A DNA stretch of 64,000 bases from Octopus bimaculoides. Taxonomy: Eukaryota. Below the pieces are notes generated by a model. That model was given only the letters and a program-made list of their open reading frames with translations, made no database searches and was not told where the DNA came from. Numbering within the stretch: the stretch's first letter is position 1; each line of letters starts with the position of its first letter. Positions 39,625 to 51,510 of this stretch are shown here, piece by piece. Location of the stretch: contig NC_068982.1 of assembly GCF_001194135.2 (NCBI RefSeq), positions 130,839,289-130,903,288 on the forward strand. Reading direction: 5' to 3'. The position numbers and the translations under genes are program-made.

Positions 39625-40905
39625 TTTTCAGCAGTCTTATTTTTATCGCGTGCTTTCACTGTATTACCGAGTGCAGCTCTGTGTGCCTTGGGTATGTGTT
39701 GTGGTTTGTTATATTGCTCTTATTTTCACTGTATTGAAAGTGCTTTACGTAGGATATCTGTGGTGCCTAGCAATGCTATTCTGTGTTACATACATTCTTA
39801 AGTCCTGGTGTTTTGGTCATGTATTTGTCTGAATTTTTTTAATCATACCTAATGCACCTATTAGTATAGGGATTGCTTCAAAGGCGGCGAGCTGGCAGAA
39901 TCGTTAGCATGGCGGGCAGAATGCTTGGCGGCATTTAGTTCGTTTGTACGGTCTAAGTTCAAATTCCGCCGAAGTCGACTTTGCCTTTCATCCTTTCGGG
40001 GTCGATAAATTAAGTACCAGTTGAGTACTGGGGATCGATCTAATCAACTGGCCTCCTCCCACAAAATTTCAGGTCCTGTGTCTATAATAGAAGGGATTAT
40101 TATAGGGAGTGTTTCTGTTTTTAGACTCCACATTTGAGTTACCTCTATTTCCAGATCTTAGTACTTTGAGAATTTCTCCGTTTCTTCTAGAAATACATTG
40201 TCATCGCCTGGTATTGAGATACATCGATTAGAAGGCATTTTTTTCTTGATGATCTCTGAGAACTATATACCGTCTATTAACCTTGATTTCTCTGTGGGTA
40301 CTTGGCATATCCCAGAGTATAGTTATTGACCGGTAGTTCTTTGGATTTTTTGTGTAGTCAGTTTTTGGTAGAAGGTATGTTGTTCTTTCGGCCAGCGAGA
40401 TAGGAATTTACTCTGGGTTCTGGATGCAGCGAAATTTTGGTGTACTTCTGTCAAACAGTTTAGCCAAAAGTTAGGAATTCAGTCCTGGAGTTTTCCATTT
40501 TAGATAGTTCCTAAGAACACATCTTAGCTCTTCTATTCCTATTGCCTCCCAATTTAACTACATCTAGTTTCACTTTCTCACGCTCTATCCAATCAGCTTT
40601 AGTGTTATATTCTTTTTTGTTGCTCCATATCTTCTTCCAGAACTCTGCCATTTCCTTAATCTTAGGTGGCTCCTTTATGTCTCTTACTCTGCCAATTTTC
40701 CTATAAACTTTCTTTGCATCCGTCTTGAATATCTTGTTTCGTCGATAAAATTTGATTCTTTTATCATACCTTCTAAGCCATTGGACTTTCAGTTGTATTC
40801 GTTGTTTAAACTGTTCCGTGGTTGCAGGGAGGTTTATAAGATCTTTAATTTTATATTTTTGCTTGATTTTTCTAGCTCTTCTCATCCTATAGCTATTATT
40901 AGCTT
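39625..40905 (-). mobile_element. R4/Dong-type LINE (second subfamily), internally deleted and interrupted by a SINE
   Basis: KQRIQLKVQWLRRYDKRIKFYRRNKIFKTDAKKVYRKIG...EFWKKIW, WKTPG, TYLLPK...NPKNYRSIT, then directly ILWDMP...RRYIVLRDHQEKKCLLIDVSIPGDDNV...DLEIEVTQMW...IPILIGALG (RLE domain) and 3' UTR. Confidence 0.88.
39883..40100 (+). mobile_element. Full-length SINE family A (tRNA-derived, Meta-like domain) with 8-bp TSD
   Basis: ggcggcgagctggcagaatcgttag..., B box gttcaaattcc, gcctttcatcctttcggggtcgataaattaagtaccag. TSD tataggga at 39865-39872 and 40101-40108; removing the insert restores the LINE reading TETLPILIGALG. Confidence 0.92.
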
Positions 40906-42797
40906 GTTTCGTCTAAATATTATATTTGGGATCTTTAAAAGCTGAGTTCATTTCGATAAAATAAAGTATCAATGAAAATTGAGCTCAAATTTTGGATCAT
41001 GTTCCTTTCTTAAAAAGTAATTATGTTTGTTTTGTCTTGTTTTTTCCGACGCTTTAGTTCAATGCGAAGTTAACTCTCCCTTTCATATTTCTGCGCTCTG
41101 TAAGATAATGTATCCGTCAAGTACCGGGATCAACGACAGTATCGACTTACATCCACTTCTCAAAATTGTTTACGTTGCGTCTAAATTCGCAACTATTATT
41201 GCTATTATTAAATGGATTACATTTGAAATCATCGTTTCTCTTACTAATGAATTCACATGACGATTAAACAAACTTGTATATCAGCTTCATATTAACAGAT
41301 GATTTGTCAATAAATTCGAGAATTTTTACTAAAGATGTTGTCTAGTGTTGCTAAGAAAATACACACACAATAAGATTAAAAAGAACAACAATGCTTGAAA
41401 ATATCGGAGCAGATTTATGCAATGATAATTCAGCAAAGTAATTTTGAATTTGAAAAAAAAAAAAAACTTCTAACTTCCGTATAAATGGCATCTAGAACCG
41501 AACTATAAACAGAGAGATAAACATCAACATGTTGTTACAATCTAAACGACCAGCCTGATGACTTCATTCCCACTAGAAATTGGTTACATTTTATTTTGGA
41601 ATGTGATATTAACAAGTCAGCAGGCACCTGGCACCGCTTGAGTTGCTCAATCTGGATTCTTATACCAACAGATCATATTATCTACTCGACCCATATGGAA
41701 TTTGTATACGGATATCTTGTCCCAAATGGATTACAGTGTGTAACGAAGTAAAGAACACTGGATGTTTTCATTTTTGTTCTTGATGTCTTTTTGAAAAAAT
41801 TTTGTGATTTTTCTGAGTTTAGCATTTAATTCAGTTTGGCGCGGCAGAAATTACTTTAGGCCTGACATTTTTTCTTCATGCTTGGCTCTCCCTTGGGTAA
41901 TTCAACAGAAAACAACTATCGTCATCTCATAAAGGTTTCCTTTATTCTATACATTTACAGAAGGGAATAAAATAACTGAAAAAGATAAGAAAAAATCTGC
42001 ATTTATTTCCTGTTACTCTATTTTGAAATTGTAACATTTTAAATAAGGCGAAAACAGTATTTTAGTGTATCTTATAAAACTTGCTTTAATTACCGACGTA
42101 GTTAGATATAAGAAACTGCTTTAGGTCGAAGATTAATAATCAGTCATACTATTGGAGAAAGATGTGCTAAGAAAAGAGGCGAGACAAAATCAGTGTATTC
42201 CTTTAGTGGAGCTCATTCTGGGGCAAGCATTCAGGCCAAGGTTTTACATTTAGGATACCTTCTTTTGCCCCTCTGACCAGTTAATAGGCCCTCTAAAGAC
42301 CACTGCTTCCTCTCCCGAATAAAAAATATAAATGTGTATGTATAAGTTTGAGAATATATATATATATATATACATTATCCAGGCGGATCCCATGTTAGCT
42401 CTTCATTTGGCTCCAGATGCTGGTTAGCAACAGCAGTCAGTATCCAACGTCCGTGCCTTCAAGTTTTTAGTTACTGGTGAATACTTCCGTTGGGTAATTC
42501 CGTGTCTCCTACTCAGGACTGTAAAGGTTCCTTAGATTGTATAATATTAATAATAATGAGTATGGATACTTCTACCTCCATAATATTTATTTTATAGTTA
42601 TATACAGCATGCCCTACACGTGTTTCTAACCAGTTCACTTCGAGGAAGACCAAATGGACAAACCCTGATGAAACTGCACTGACAATATTGCAAGGTCGCA
42701 TCTGCAAAAATGTGCAGTCGCTTCAGTGGAAACACAGGTAGATCATTGTAATATAAAACAAACATTGTGGATGTACAAGTCTCTATACTCAAGTAAA

Positions 42798-43022
42798 GGC
42801 GGCGAGCTGGCAGAATCGTTAGCACGCCGGGCGAAATGCTTAGCGATATTTCATCTGTCCCTACGTTCTGCGTTCAAATTCTGCCTAAGTCGACTTTGCC
42901 TTTCATCCTTTTGGGGTCGATAAAATAAGTACCAGTTGAACACTGAGGTCTATGTAATATACTCACCCCCCCCCAAAAAAAATTGCTGCCCGTGTGGTAT
43001 AATTTGAAACCATTATTATTAA
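42798..43022 (+). mobile_element. SINE family A
   Basis: Same head, B box and central gcctttcatcc...gtcgataaaataagtaccag block; (att)n tail. Confidence 0.88.
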
Positions 43023-43345
43023 TGTGTGTATGCATGTTAATAGAGCGGCATCAAAATCCAAACTTACGTATTTAGCATGCTACACACACGTGCGCGCGCG
43101 CGGTCAGAGCTTATTTATATTTATCTGTGCACATACATTACAGCCTTACCGCGCACACCAGTTTTTCTTTATTTACATAGATATACATACCTTTGTGTGA
43201 TTGTCTGTGTATATATATATATATATATATATGACAACTTCTAGAGAGGAACGAAAGCGCTAATAATAATGAAGAAATAAAAGAATTTTTCCCAAAATTC
43301 TGACGACTTTTTTCTCAATATTCAATTCTGTACATCACACCTAAC

Positions 43346-43388
<43 letters not shown>

Positions 43389-43418
43389 CCTAAAGACAGG
43401 GAGTTAGATAGCTATATC

Positions 43419-43778
43419 ATTTACTTGTATCAGTCATTGGACTGTGACTATGCCCGCGCACCGCCTTGGAGGTTTTAATCGAAGAAAAAGCTCCAAGTAC
43501 TTGTTTTTCTTCAGCCAGATACTATTCGATCGTTCTCTTTCGCCGAACTGTTCCTATACAGGCATGTAAACGAATCAACGTCGGTTATCAAGCGGTGGTG
43601 GTTGGGGACAAACACAAACACACACGGGAATACATATGACAAGTTTCTTGCAGTTTCCATCAACCAAATCCACTAACAACTCTTTGATCGGCCGAGGCTA
43701 TAGTAGACACTTGCCCAAGGTGAGACTGACCCCAAGACCGTATGGTTGGGAAGCGTATGCACACAGTTACACATGAGC
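43419..43778 (-). mobile_element. SINE family B (CORE-like)
   Basis: Reverse complement of ccttgggcaagtgtc(tt)ctactatagcctcggccga...gtggatttgg...ggaaactg plus the 3' module. Confidence 0.8.
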
Positions 43779-43844
43779 ATATACATACTGCTCCGCCTGC
43801 CCTGATGCACACAACCACGACTGCGCCTGCAGGCCACACCGCCA

Positions 43845-43970
43845 CCAACCACGTGGTTGCGGGTTCAGTACAACTGTGTGGCACCTCGGGCAAGTGTCTT
43901 CTACTATAGCCTCGGGCCGACCAAAGCCTTGTGAGTGGATTTGGTAGATAGAAACTGAAAGAAGCCTGTC
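43845..43970 (+). mobile_element. SINE family B, 5' half only
   Basis: ccaaccacgtggttgcgggttcagt...cctcgggcaagtgtcttctactatagcctcgggccgaccaaagccttgtgagtggatttggtag...gaaactgaaagaagcc. Confidence 0.85.
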
Positions 43971-45264
43971 ATATCTATATACGCACACGCACATGTATTA
44001 AATGGCAGAAACTAAGACAGATCAAAATAAAATAGTATAAAAGAAGGGACGTCATGTAACAAACATTTTCAGTCAATCTGTTACAGAAGGACTACCAACT
44101 ACGCTAATGTTTATTGCTTGTAGACGAAAACTATTTCTTTGCAAGTCCTGCAACCCACCTACACAAAAAAATATAAAAAACGCAGACAGTAACATGATGT
44201 ATCTACGCGATTGTTTTGTTTAAAGGTTAACTGATAACTGAAACTTTGGCTTCCAATGTCACTGCTGGAAGAATATGATGCGATCTTCTGATATTCTTAT
44301 CTAAATTAACATTTTTTTTTTTTAATGAAAAATCTCGAAACGGATTTTTTAGCCAGGTCATTTAGTTACATATACGTAATTGCGTGTGTTTGTATGTATG
44401 TATAGACACACACACAAATATGTGCACACACGCGTGTGTGTGCACGTGCGTTATATGCGCATGTATGTCTGTGAGTCAGATATTACATTCAAATTACATT
44501 AAGGTTTAGAAGCGGACAAGTATAAACAAGTAATGTACACAATGAATTGAAACATGTCTATTTGTTTTCTTCTGTGATATATAAGATCAAGTTCTTACCC
44601 TCTAGAAAGAATTAAAACAATGTATACTAATTTTGCCCGTATAATTGACTACACGGCCCTGTGAGAGACCAAAAGGCTGTGGCAACCAAAATGCCTTCAC
44701 AGCGTCTAACATATAAAGAGAAATAGGAGACCCTACTAACATAATTCGAAATCTACAGAGGGTTCGGAAGAGTTGAAGATTGCAGAAAAGAAAAGCTGCC
44801 ATATATCTTTAAAACCCTTCTTAATACCTCGCTTGTTCTAACCAATTATGTTTTGTGGGTGAAGGACACATTCTTAACTCATATTCTAATCACTTTTACC
44901 GAATTGGGTTCTTAAAGTTCCTAACATTGATTCGATTACATCTAAAACATCCCAGAATATCGATTCTAAACTTGTCCATCTAACATTGCCATGATACATC
45001 AAAGCGGATAAAATAAACATTCATCTTAATACCGTTTCCTCAAGACAAGTACAATTTTGGAGTTCTTTCTCTTGCATTTGTGTCTCCCTCTCCTTCTTTC
45101 AACCGATATATATATATTTTATTATCATATACATAATTATAATAAAGGAACGGTTTTATGCTTCACCATACACCGCAAGAAATAGACACTAAAGTCATTT
45201 TTACCACCTTAAAATCTCCGAGAACAACGCACTATATTGTAGGCAAGCGAAAGAAAAATAATGA

Positions 45265-45338
45265 ATCAACAAGGTACGCGTTTCAAACTTAAAGTAAGAA
45301 AATAATTTTACTTACTGTTCTCATCAGCATAGTATTCC
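45265..45338 (-). ncRNA. Type I hammerhead ribozyme motif, canonical core, extended stem II
   Basis: Minus strand: CUGAUGA-GAAC AGUAAG UAAAAUUAUUUU CUUACU UUAA GUUU-GAAA-CGCG-UA. Palindromic ACGCGU stem III, GUA triplet, stem I imperfect. Confidence 0.6.
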
Positions 45339-46110
45339 ATATAAGTTAACGAGTGTCTCAAAATATGCACGCGAGCAGCGTCATCGCATGACCAATATCA
45401 ATCCACACTCGCAAAAATATACTGCCGAGTATAATTCATATCTTTCTTTTATACTCACGTGCAGTGAGTTAAGATCTAGACGGCAGTAAATTCAGTTTCG
45501 ATCATGGAGTGAATTTATTCAAATATTGATTATAATAATAAAGGGTATAAAACCGATCCCTTGTTATAATTATGTATATAATTATAAAATATTTTGCAAT
45601 ATTTACCTATCAGGTTTTTCTTTCTGCACTGGCTACTTGGTAAAATTATTATTGATTTTACCCTTTATTATTATTATTATTTGAGTATATTTATTTCTAT
45701 AAATGTCTAATATAAATGTAGACATATATCTATGTGAGGATGAAGTTGCATATACGTCTGTATCTTTATACATGTATATGCATATGCATGTATATGTGTG
45801 TGTGCATATATGTATATTAATATATGCAGCGAGTGTGAAAATATGCCTGTACGAGTATGCATATGTTTACGTTTGTGTATGAGTATATATATTTGTATAA
45901 ATGTCTAAGTGTAAGCATATATCTATGTAAGGATGAAGTTGTGTATACATATATACGTGTGTTTGTGTGTGTGTGTATATATATATATATATGTATATGC
46001 GTATGTTTGTATGTAAATGTGTGTATGGGCACACATATGTGTGTGTGTATACACATGTCTGTGTGAGTTCTATCTATTGTGAAAATGTGGTTGCGTGTAT
46101 TTTGTATTTC

Positions 46111-46149
<39 letters not shown>

Positions 46150-46730
46150 CTCTATTTATATGAGTTGAAAGCTTGTGTAGAACCAGCCACACTTTTTTGA
46201 AGTGATGATTGTAAGAATATGGTCCACAGATGTGCCACAATACCAAGTACAAAACACCACAGGCTTTTTCTTCAGATGTTTCCATCTCCTAGACAAGCCG
46301 CTATAAACATGCTGAAGAGCGTATTCTACCCTATAAATCGGAGTTCGCTGATAGTACAGCCCTGTTAAGGAGACCCTCTGCAACCAAAGACCTGATTTTA
46401 TATCAGTTTCCTTCTCCTTGCCTTGACCACGGTTGAGGAGCCCCATCTTCCCCCTAATATCTGGAATTAAATACATGAAATTCATATTAAAAAAATATAT
46501 ATACATATACACATAATTGGATGGCCGTTGAGTACTGCTGAATTCCTCCACCCTTTTGGCAGGTTCAATTTTTCGTCCCGTAGAGTATCCATAAGCAATC
46601 ACCCTCCTCACCAAGCAAGCTTAATAGGGGTGCCAGTTTAGTCACCGACGATCCGCCCATGTAACAGGTTGTACTGGGTTACATGTTACCAGTAGCGAAC
46701 AAGAGCGACTAATTGCACTCTAGCGACCTG
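46150..46730 (-). mobile_element. Probable RTE-type LINE 5' end (5' UTR and start of APE-like ORF)
   Basis: ggagaaggaaactgat... UTR-like motif, VFCTWYCGT resembling the APE 'TWNV' start, and an HDV-like fold at 46633-46685. Confidence 0.45.
46633..46685 (-). ncRNA. HDV-like ribozyme relic
   Basis: P1 CAUGUA/UACAUG, P2 CCAGU/ACUGG, P3 ACA/UGU, L3 ACC with P1.1 CC/GG, short P4, J4/2 CUAA, all in the correct order. L3 is too short and +1 is C. Confidence 0.45.
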
Positions 46731-46787
46731 ACTATTAGATAGATACATAGATAGATATGTACGTGTTTCTCTGTGTATGCATATACA

Positions 46788-46819
<32 letters not shown>

Positions 46820-47339
46820 TGTTTGTGTATATGTGTGTGTATATATATATGTGTTTGTGTATATGTATGTATATGTGTGTGTGTGTATATATACACACAC
46901 ACATATACCCCAGGCATTTGCCCACACACCCACCTTTAGCTGCATTTTCGCACGGGCGTATGTGTTTGTATGTGGATAGACGAACATGAACTTAACTAAC
47001 ACAATTTTAGTTCATTTAAGCAATATATTAAATCAGTGAGTGCACAAGGACTAAACTGCAACTTATTTTCATACACAATGTATAGTAGTCATTGACATCA
47101 CGAGTGGTTGCTATATAAATAGCATTTATATCGACCAAGGATGGACAAAGAAATGAAGAAGTCTCTTTATATATGAACCAAGAATAATAATAATAATAAT
47201 GTGTTAGGGAAAAAGACTTACAGATTGCTGCACTGAATGCTTATAGTAAATTGGAATGCTCACTGACATACCAAGAACATATTCGAGATAAAGAAACAGC
47301 CAGACAACTGTTTAAAATTTTGACTCGAGGCCTTTGAAT

Positions 47340-47480
47340 TGGTTATCTATACTTATTTTAAAAGCCCGAAAGGATGAAATCCAAAGTAAAACTCGGCAAA
47401 ATTTGAACCCAGAATGTCAAGAGTCGAAAGAAATACTGCTAAACATTTTGTCCGACGCACTAGTGATTCTGCCAACTGGA
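47340..47480 (-). mobile_element. Diverged SINE family A
   Basis: cccgaaaggatgaaa...aatttgaacccagaa...gctaaacattttgtccgacgcactagtgattctgcca. Confidence 0.7.
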
Positions 47481-47716
47481 TACATTAGAGGTGGAGTGAT
47501 AAGAGAAAGAAAGAGAAAATATTGAAGTCGTAGCAAGAATACAGACAGACAGACATAAATTTTATTGTTAAAGCAATAACGATGATTTCCTTAGTAAACT
47601 TGACTTTTTTTTTGTTGATATTGACGTACAACCCTGAGAACTGACTGAACTATAACAGGAACCCCACCCACAAAAAGAAAGGATATTAGAATACAAAACA
47701 TTCTATGTCCATACGA

Positions 47717-47758
<42 letters not shown>

Positions 47759-47804
47759 GGATGCTGGATAGGTTTCAAACGTTTTAAGCCGTCCTAATAT
47801 AGAT

Positions 47805-48012
47805 TTTAAATATTGGCATAAAGCCAGTAATTTCAGAGGGGAATTTCAATTACATAGAGATCCTAGTGCACCACTAGTACTTGTAGTCTCGGCCCGAAGA
47901 GGATTAAGGACAAAGTCGACCTCAGCGGAACTTGAACTCAAAGCGGAAGGACAGACGAAATGTAGCTAATCTCTTTTATCCAATATGCTGATAATTGTCA
48001 GCTCACCGCCTT
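47805..48012 (-). mobile_element. Diverged SINE family A
   Basis: aaagtcgacctcagcggaacttgaactc...gtcagctcaccgcctt. Confidence 0.75.
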
Positions 48013-48858
48013 AAACCGTCTTGCTATTAGAGACCATATTAATTTGAGCCCCTTTCGTTCACCAACAACAATCATTAACGTAAATTCTTTCTCGTTAGTA
48101 CACAATGTTTCTTTAAATATTGAGTCTCTAAGTGTGTGGACACACTAAAAAAAAAAGTAACATTACACCCCACAAGCAAAACCATAAGGGCACACAGCAA
48201 AGATACATGATCATACATAGATAAAGAATGTGATTTTTGTTTACTCACCTATGTTTAACACAAACCAACGAGGGAGCTAAAGACCCATCATACCATCTAC
48301 CAGAATAGCAGCCGAATCACCCTATCGTTAAAAACAGGACATATTGGATGATGTAGCACCATGTAAAGTACATCTGAAAATAAGAATGGATAGTCAGGGT
48401 ATCAAAAGCGGATTTGGGATAAAGCAACTGCAAGGTGTTCCAAACAGGGACAGAGGATCTATAAATATGAACAAATATATGCGTGTTAGTGTCTGTAAGT
48501 ATTCATATATATGTGGGGGTGAATGCATACAGATTTAAACGTATGAAGCATGTTATATATATATATATATATATGGAAAGAAGGAGAATGACATGAACTG
48601 TTAGTCAATAAATACAATTCCAATTATGTGTTGAGTGGTACTTTGTTCACTCGTAGAAATTATATATACAAGCAGATATACGTCTTAGAGATCCACATAG
48701 ATTTCCAAAATCCAGTTGCTAAGTAACTAATATACTGAGTAGAATTACCATTTATCAGCTACAGAGCAAATGTCGGAGAAACAATGATAAACATGAATTT
48801 ATAATAAAGTTCCTACGGGCGTTTCACCATTACATATATATATATATATATATATATA

Positions 48859-49030
48859 CTTCTATTTGTTTGTCATTTGACTGCGGTCATGCTAGATCAC
48901 TGTCTTCAGACGAACAAATCTACCCCAGGGCTTATTCTTTGTAAGACTAGTACTTATTCTATCGGCCCTTTTTGCCGAACCGCTAGGTTACGGGGATGTA
49001 AACACACCAGCATCGGTTAAGCGATGGTAA
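48859..49030 (-). mobile_element. SINE family B 3' module
   Basis: gtcatttgactgcggtcatgct...gtacttattctatcggcc...gccgaaccgctaggttacgggga. Confidence 0.8.
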
Positions 49031-49041
49031 ATGAAAAGCAG

Positions 49042-49084
<43 letters not shown>

Positions 49085-49688
49085 NNNNNNNNNNNNNNNN
49101 NNNNNNNNNNNNNNNNNNNNNNNNNNNNNNNNNNNNNNNNNNNNNNNNNNNNNNNNNNNNNNNNNNNNNNNNNNNNNNNNNNNNNNNNNNNNNNNNNNNN
49201 NNNNNNNNNNNNNNNNNNNNNNNNNNNNNNNNNNNNNNNNNNNNNNNNNNNNNNNNNNNNNNNNNNNNNNNNNNNNNNNNNNNNNNNNNNNNNNNNNNNN
49301 NNNNNNNNNNNNNNNNNNNNNNNNNNNNNNNNNNNNNNNNNNNNNNNNNNNNNNNNNNNNNNNNNNNNNNNNNNNNNNNNNNNNNNNNNNNNNNNNNNNN
49401 NNNNNNNNNNNNNNNNNNNNNNNNNNNNNNNNNNNNNNNNNNNNNNNNNNNNNNNNNNNNNNNNNNNNNNNNNNNNNNNNNNNNNNNNNNNNNNNNNNNN
49501 NNNNNNNNNNNNNNNNNNNNNNNNNNNNNNNNNNNNNNNNNNNNNNNNNNNNNNNNNNNNNNNNNNNNNNNNNNNNNNNNNNNNNNNNNNNNNNNNNNNN
49601 NNNNNNNNNNNNNNNNNNNNNNNNNNNNNNNNNNNNNNNNNNNNNNNNNNNNNNNNNNNNNNNNNNNNNNNNNNNNNNNNNNNNNNNN
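49085..49688. other. Assembly gap (N run) within (AT)n
   Basis: N characters. Confidence 0.99.
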
Positions 49689-49733
<45 letters not shown>

Positions 49734-50481
49734 CATGCATATATATATATGTATGCATATCTATATACATATATATCCCACATATAAATGCATTTATATG
49801 TATGTTCTTGGGAAGAAAGACATTGAATATGTCAAATAAATGGGGCAGAGAATGTTATCAAATATCTGAATGTTTATTATTATTATTATTAGTAGTAGTA
49901 GTAGTAGTAGTAGTATTTCAAGCAATATAAACAGGTAGGTCAGACAGAAAATGATAAATGACTTACATAGGGGTGCGGCGATAAAGCTGGCATGAAGCCG
50001 GTTGCAAAAATGGAAAAGGGAAATAGTTCAATAAAGGAAGACCTGGGTGCGGTAAATTAATAGCTAGATCAGCAAATGTTAGTCGAAAGGTAAATTGAGC
50101 AACAATACTCGAACAAGCAAACACGTATTTCTTTAAGATGTTCGTAAATCAAAATGTATGTAGACAATTCTGTGTTTGTCCAGCCGTTGTCTGACCCAAA
50201 TGCGTTCATTGACTGCTTCAGCAACAAAGTGACCCCCCCCCCTCAATGTATGCCACAAAAGTTTTCTCAAGAAAATGGAGAAACTGCTGTTGCTGAGTAA
50301 GCTAGATCCTTTACAAAATTACCACCCACGGATCTAAACGATACACTACCAAATGATCTCCGCTTCTACACCCAAATTTTGATTATCATTCGATTACCAC
50401 GTAGGTCTTAATTTCCGTTGCCGCTTGCTTTGTGGCTGCCTGAACCTTTAGGCCTTTATAATCCCATATTCGCGCGCGCGC

Positions 50482-50591
<110 letters not shown>

Positions 50592-51138
50592 CCCTGCATA
50601 TTTATGTGTATTAATGTATACATGCACAGGTTAGAGAGGGAGTTTTTTGTTGTGCAATCAGATGCATGCAATTGTGTTCGAGTTTTCTTTATCTTTTATA
50701 TTTTATTCAAATATTTCCAACATAATGAAAACTGATATCTAATAAAGTGACCGCTATTTCTTTTGTCAAAAGGCAGACTGGAATACGGTGCTAAGGTGAA
50801 AAAACATTGAAATGCTTCACATATTTTCACATTAACTTCGAAATGCCTTTTACATATATAATTTTTAAATGTGTACGTAAGTGGTTAATATACGAAATCT
50901 TAAACTTCGTTAAAGGCGTATATTTAATAGTGTTCAGTTAAATTATTAAAAAAAAAAAAAAAGCTCCACGCTAACGAATGATGATAGGCAGATAATATCT
51001 AATTAGCATCATGCACGCACTCTCTCTCTCTCTCTCCCTCTCTCTCTTCCTCACATACACTATCTTCTTTCTTACTCTCTCCCCTTCTCCCCTTCTCTCG
51101 CTTTATATATACTTATAGACATATATATATATATATAT

Positions 51139-51510
51139 GCACAGACGTGGCTCTGGTGAGGAGCTTTCTTCCCAACCACATGGTTCTGGGTTCAGTCCCA
51201 CTGTGTGACCCCTTGGACAAGTGTCTTCTATAGCCTCGAACCGACCAGAACCTTGTAAGTGGATTTGGTAGCTGGAAACTGAAAGAAGCCCGTCGTATAA
51301 TATGTGTCTGTGTTTGTACCCTTACCACCACTTGACAACAGGTGCTTGAATGTTTACGTCCCAGTAACTTAGCGATTCGGCATTAGAGAACGATAGAATA
51401 TGTACCCGGTTTTTAAAAAAATAAGTCCTGAAGTTAATACATTCGACTAAAGGTTCTGCAAAACAGTGCCCCAGCATGGCCGCAGTCTAATGAGGGAAAC
51501 AAAAGCTAGA
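51139..51510 (+). mobile_element. Near full-length SINE family B (CORE-like)
   Basis: tRNA-like head (gacgtggctctggtgag...gggttcagtccc), core ccttggacaagtgtcttcta, 3' module to gcatggccgcagtc...gaaacaaaag. Confidence 0.85.

Noticed and set aside
42190-42305. cagtg...cactg bounded segment, possible tiny hAT element
   Set aside because: TIR match is short and loose, and the flanks are not duplicated.
48236-48256. Perfect minus-strand splice donor AG|GTGAGT
   Set aside because: No credible upstream exon or acceptor; such motifs occur by chance in 64 kb.
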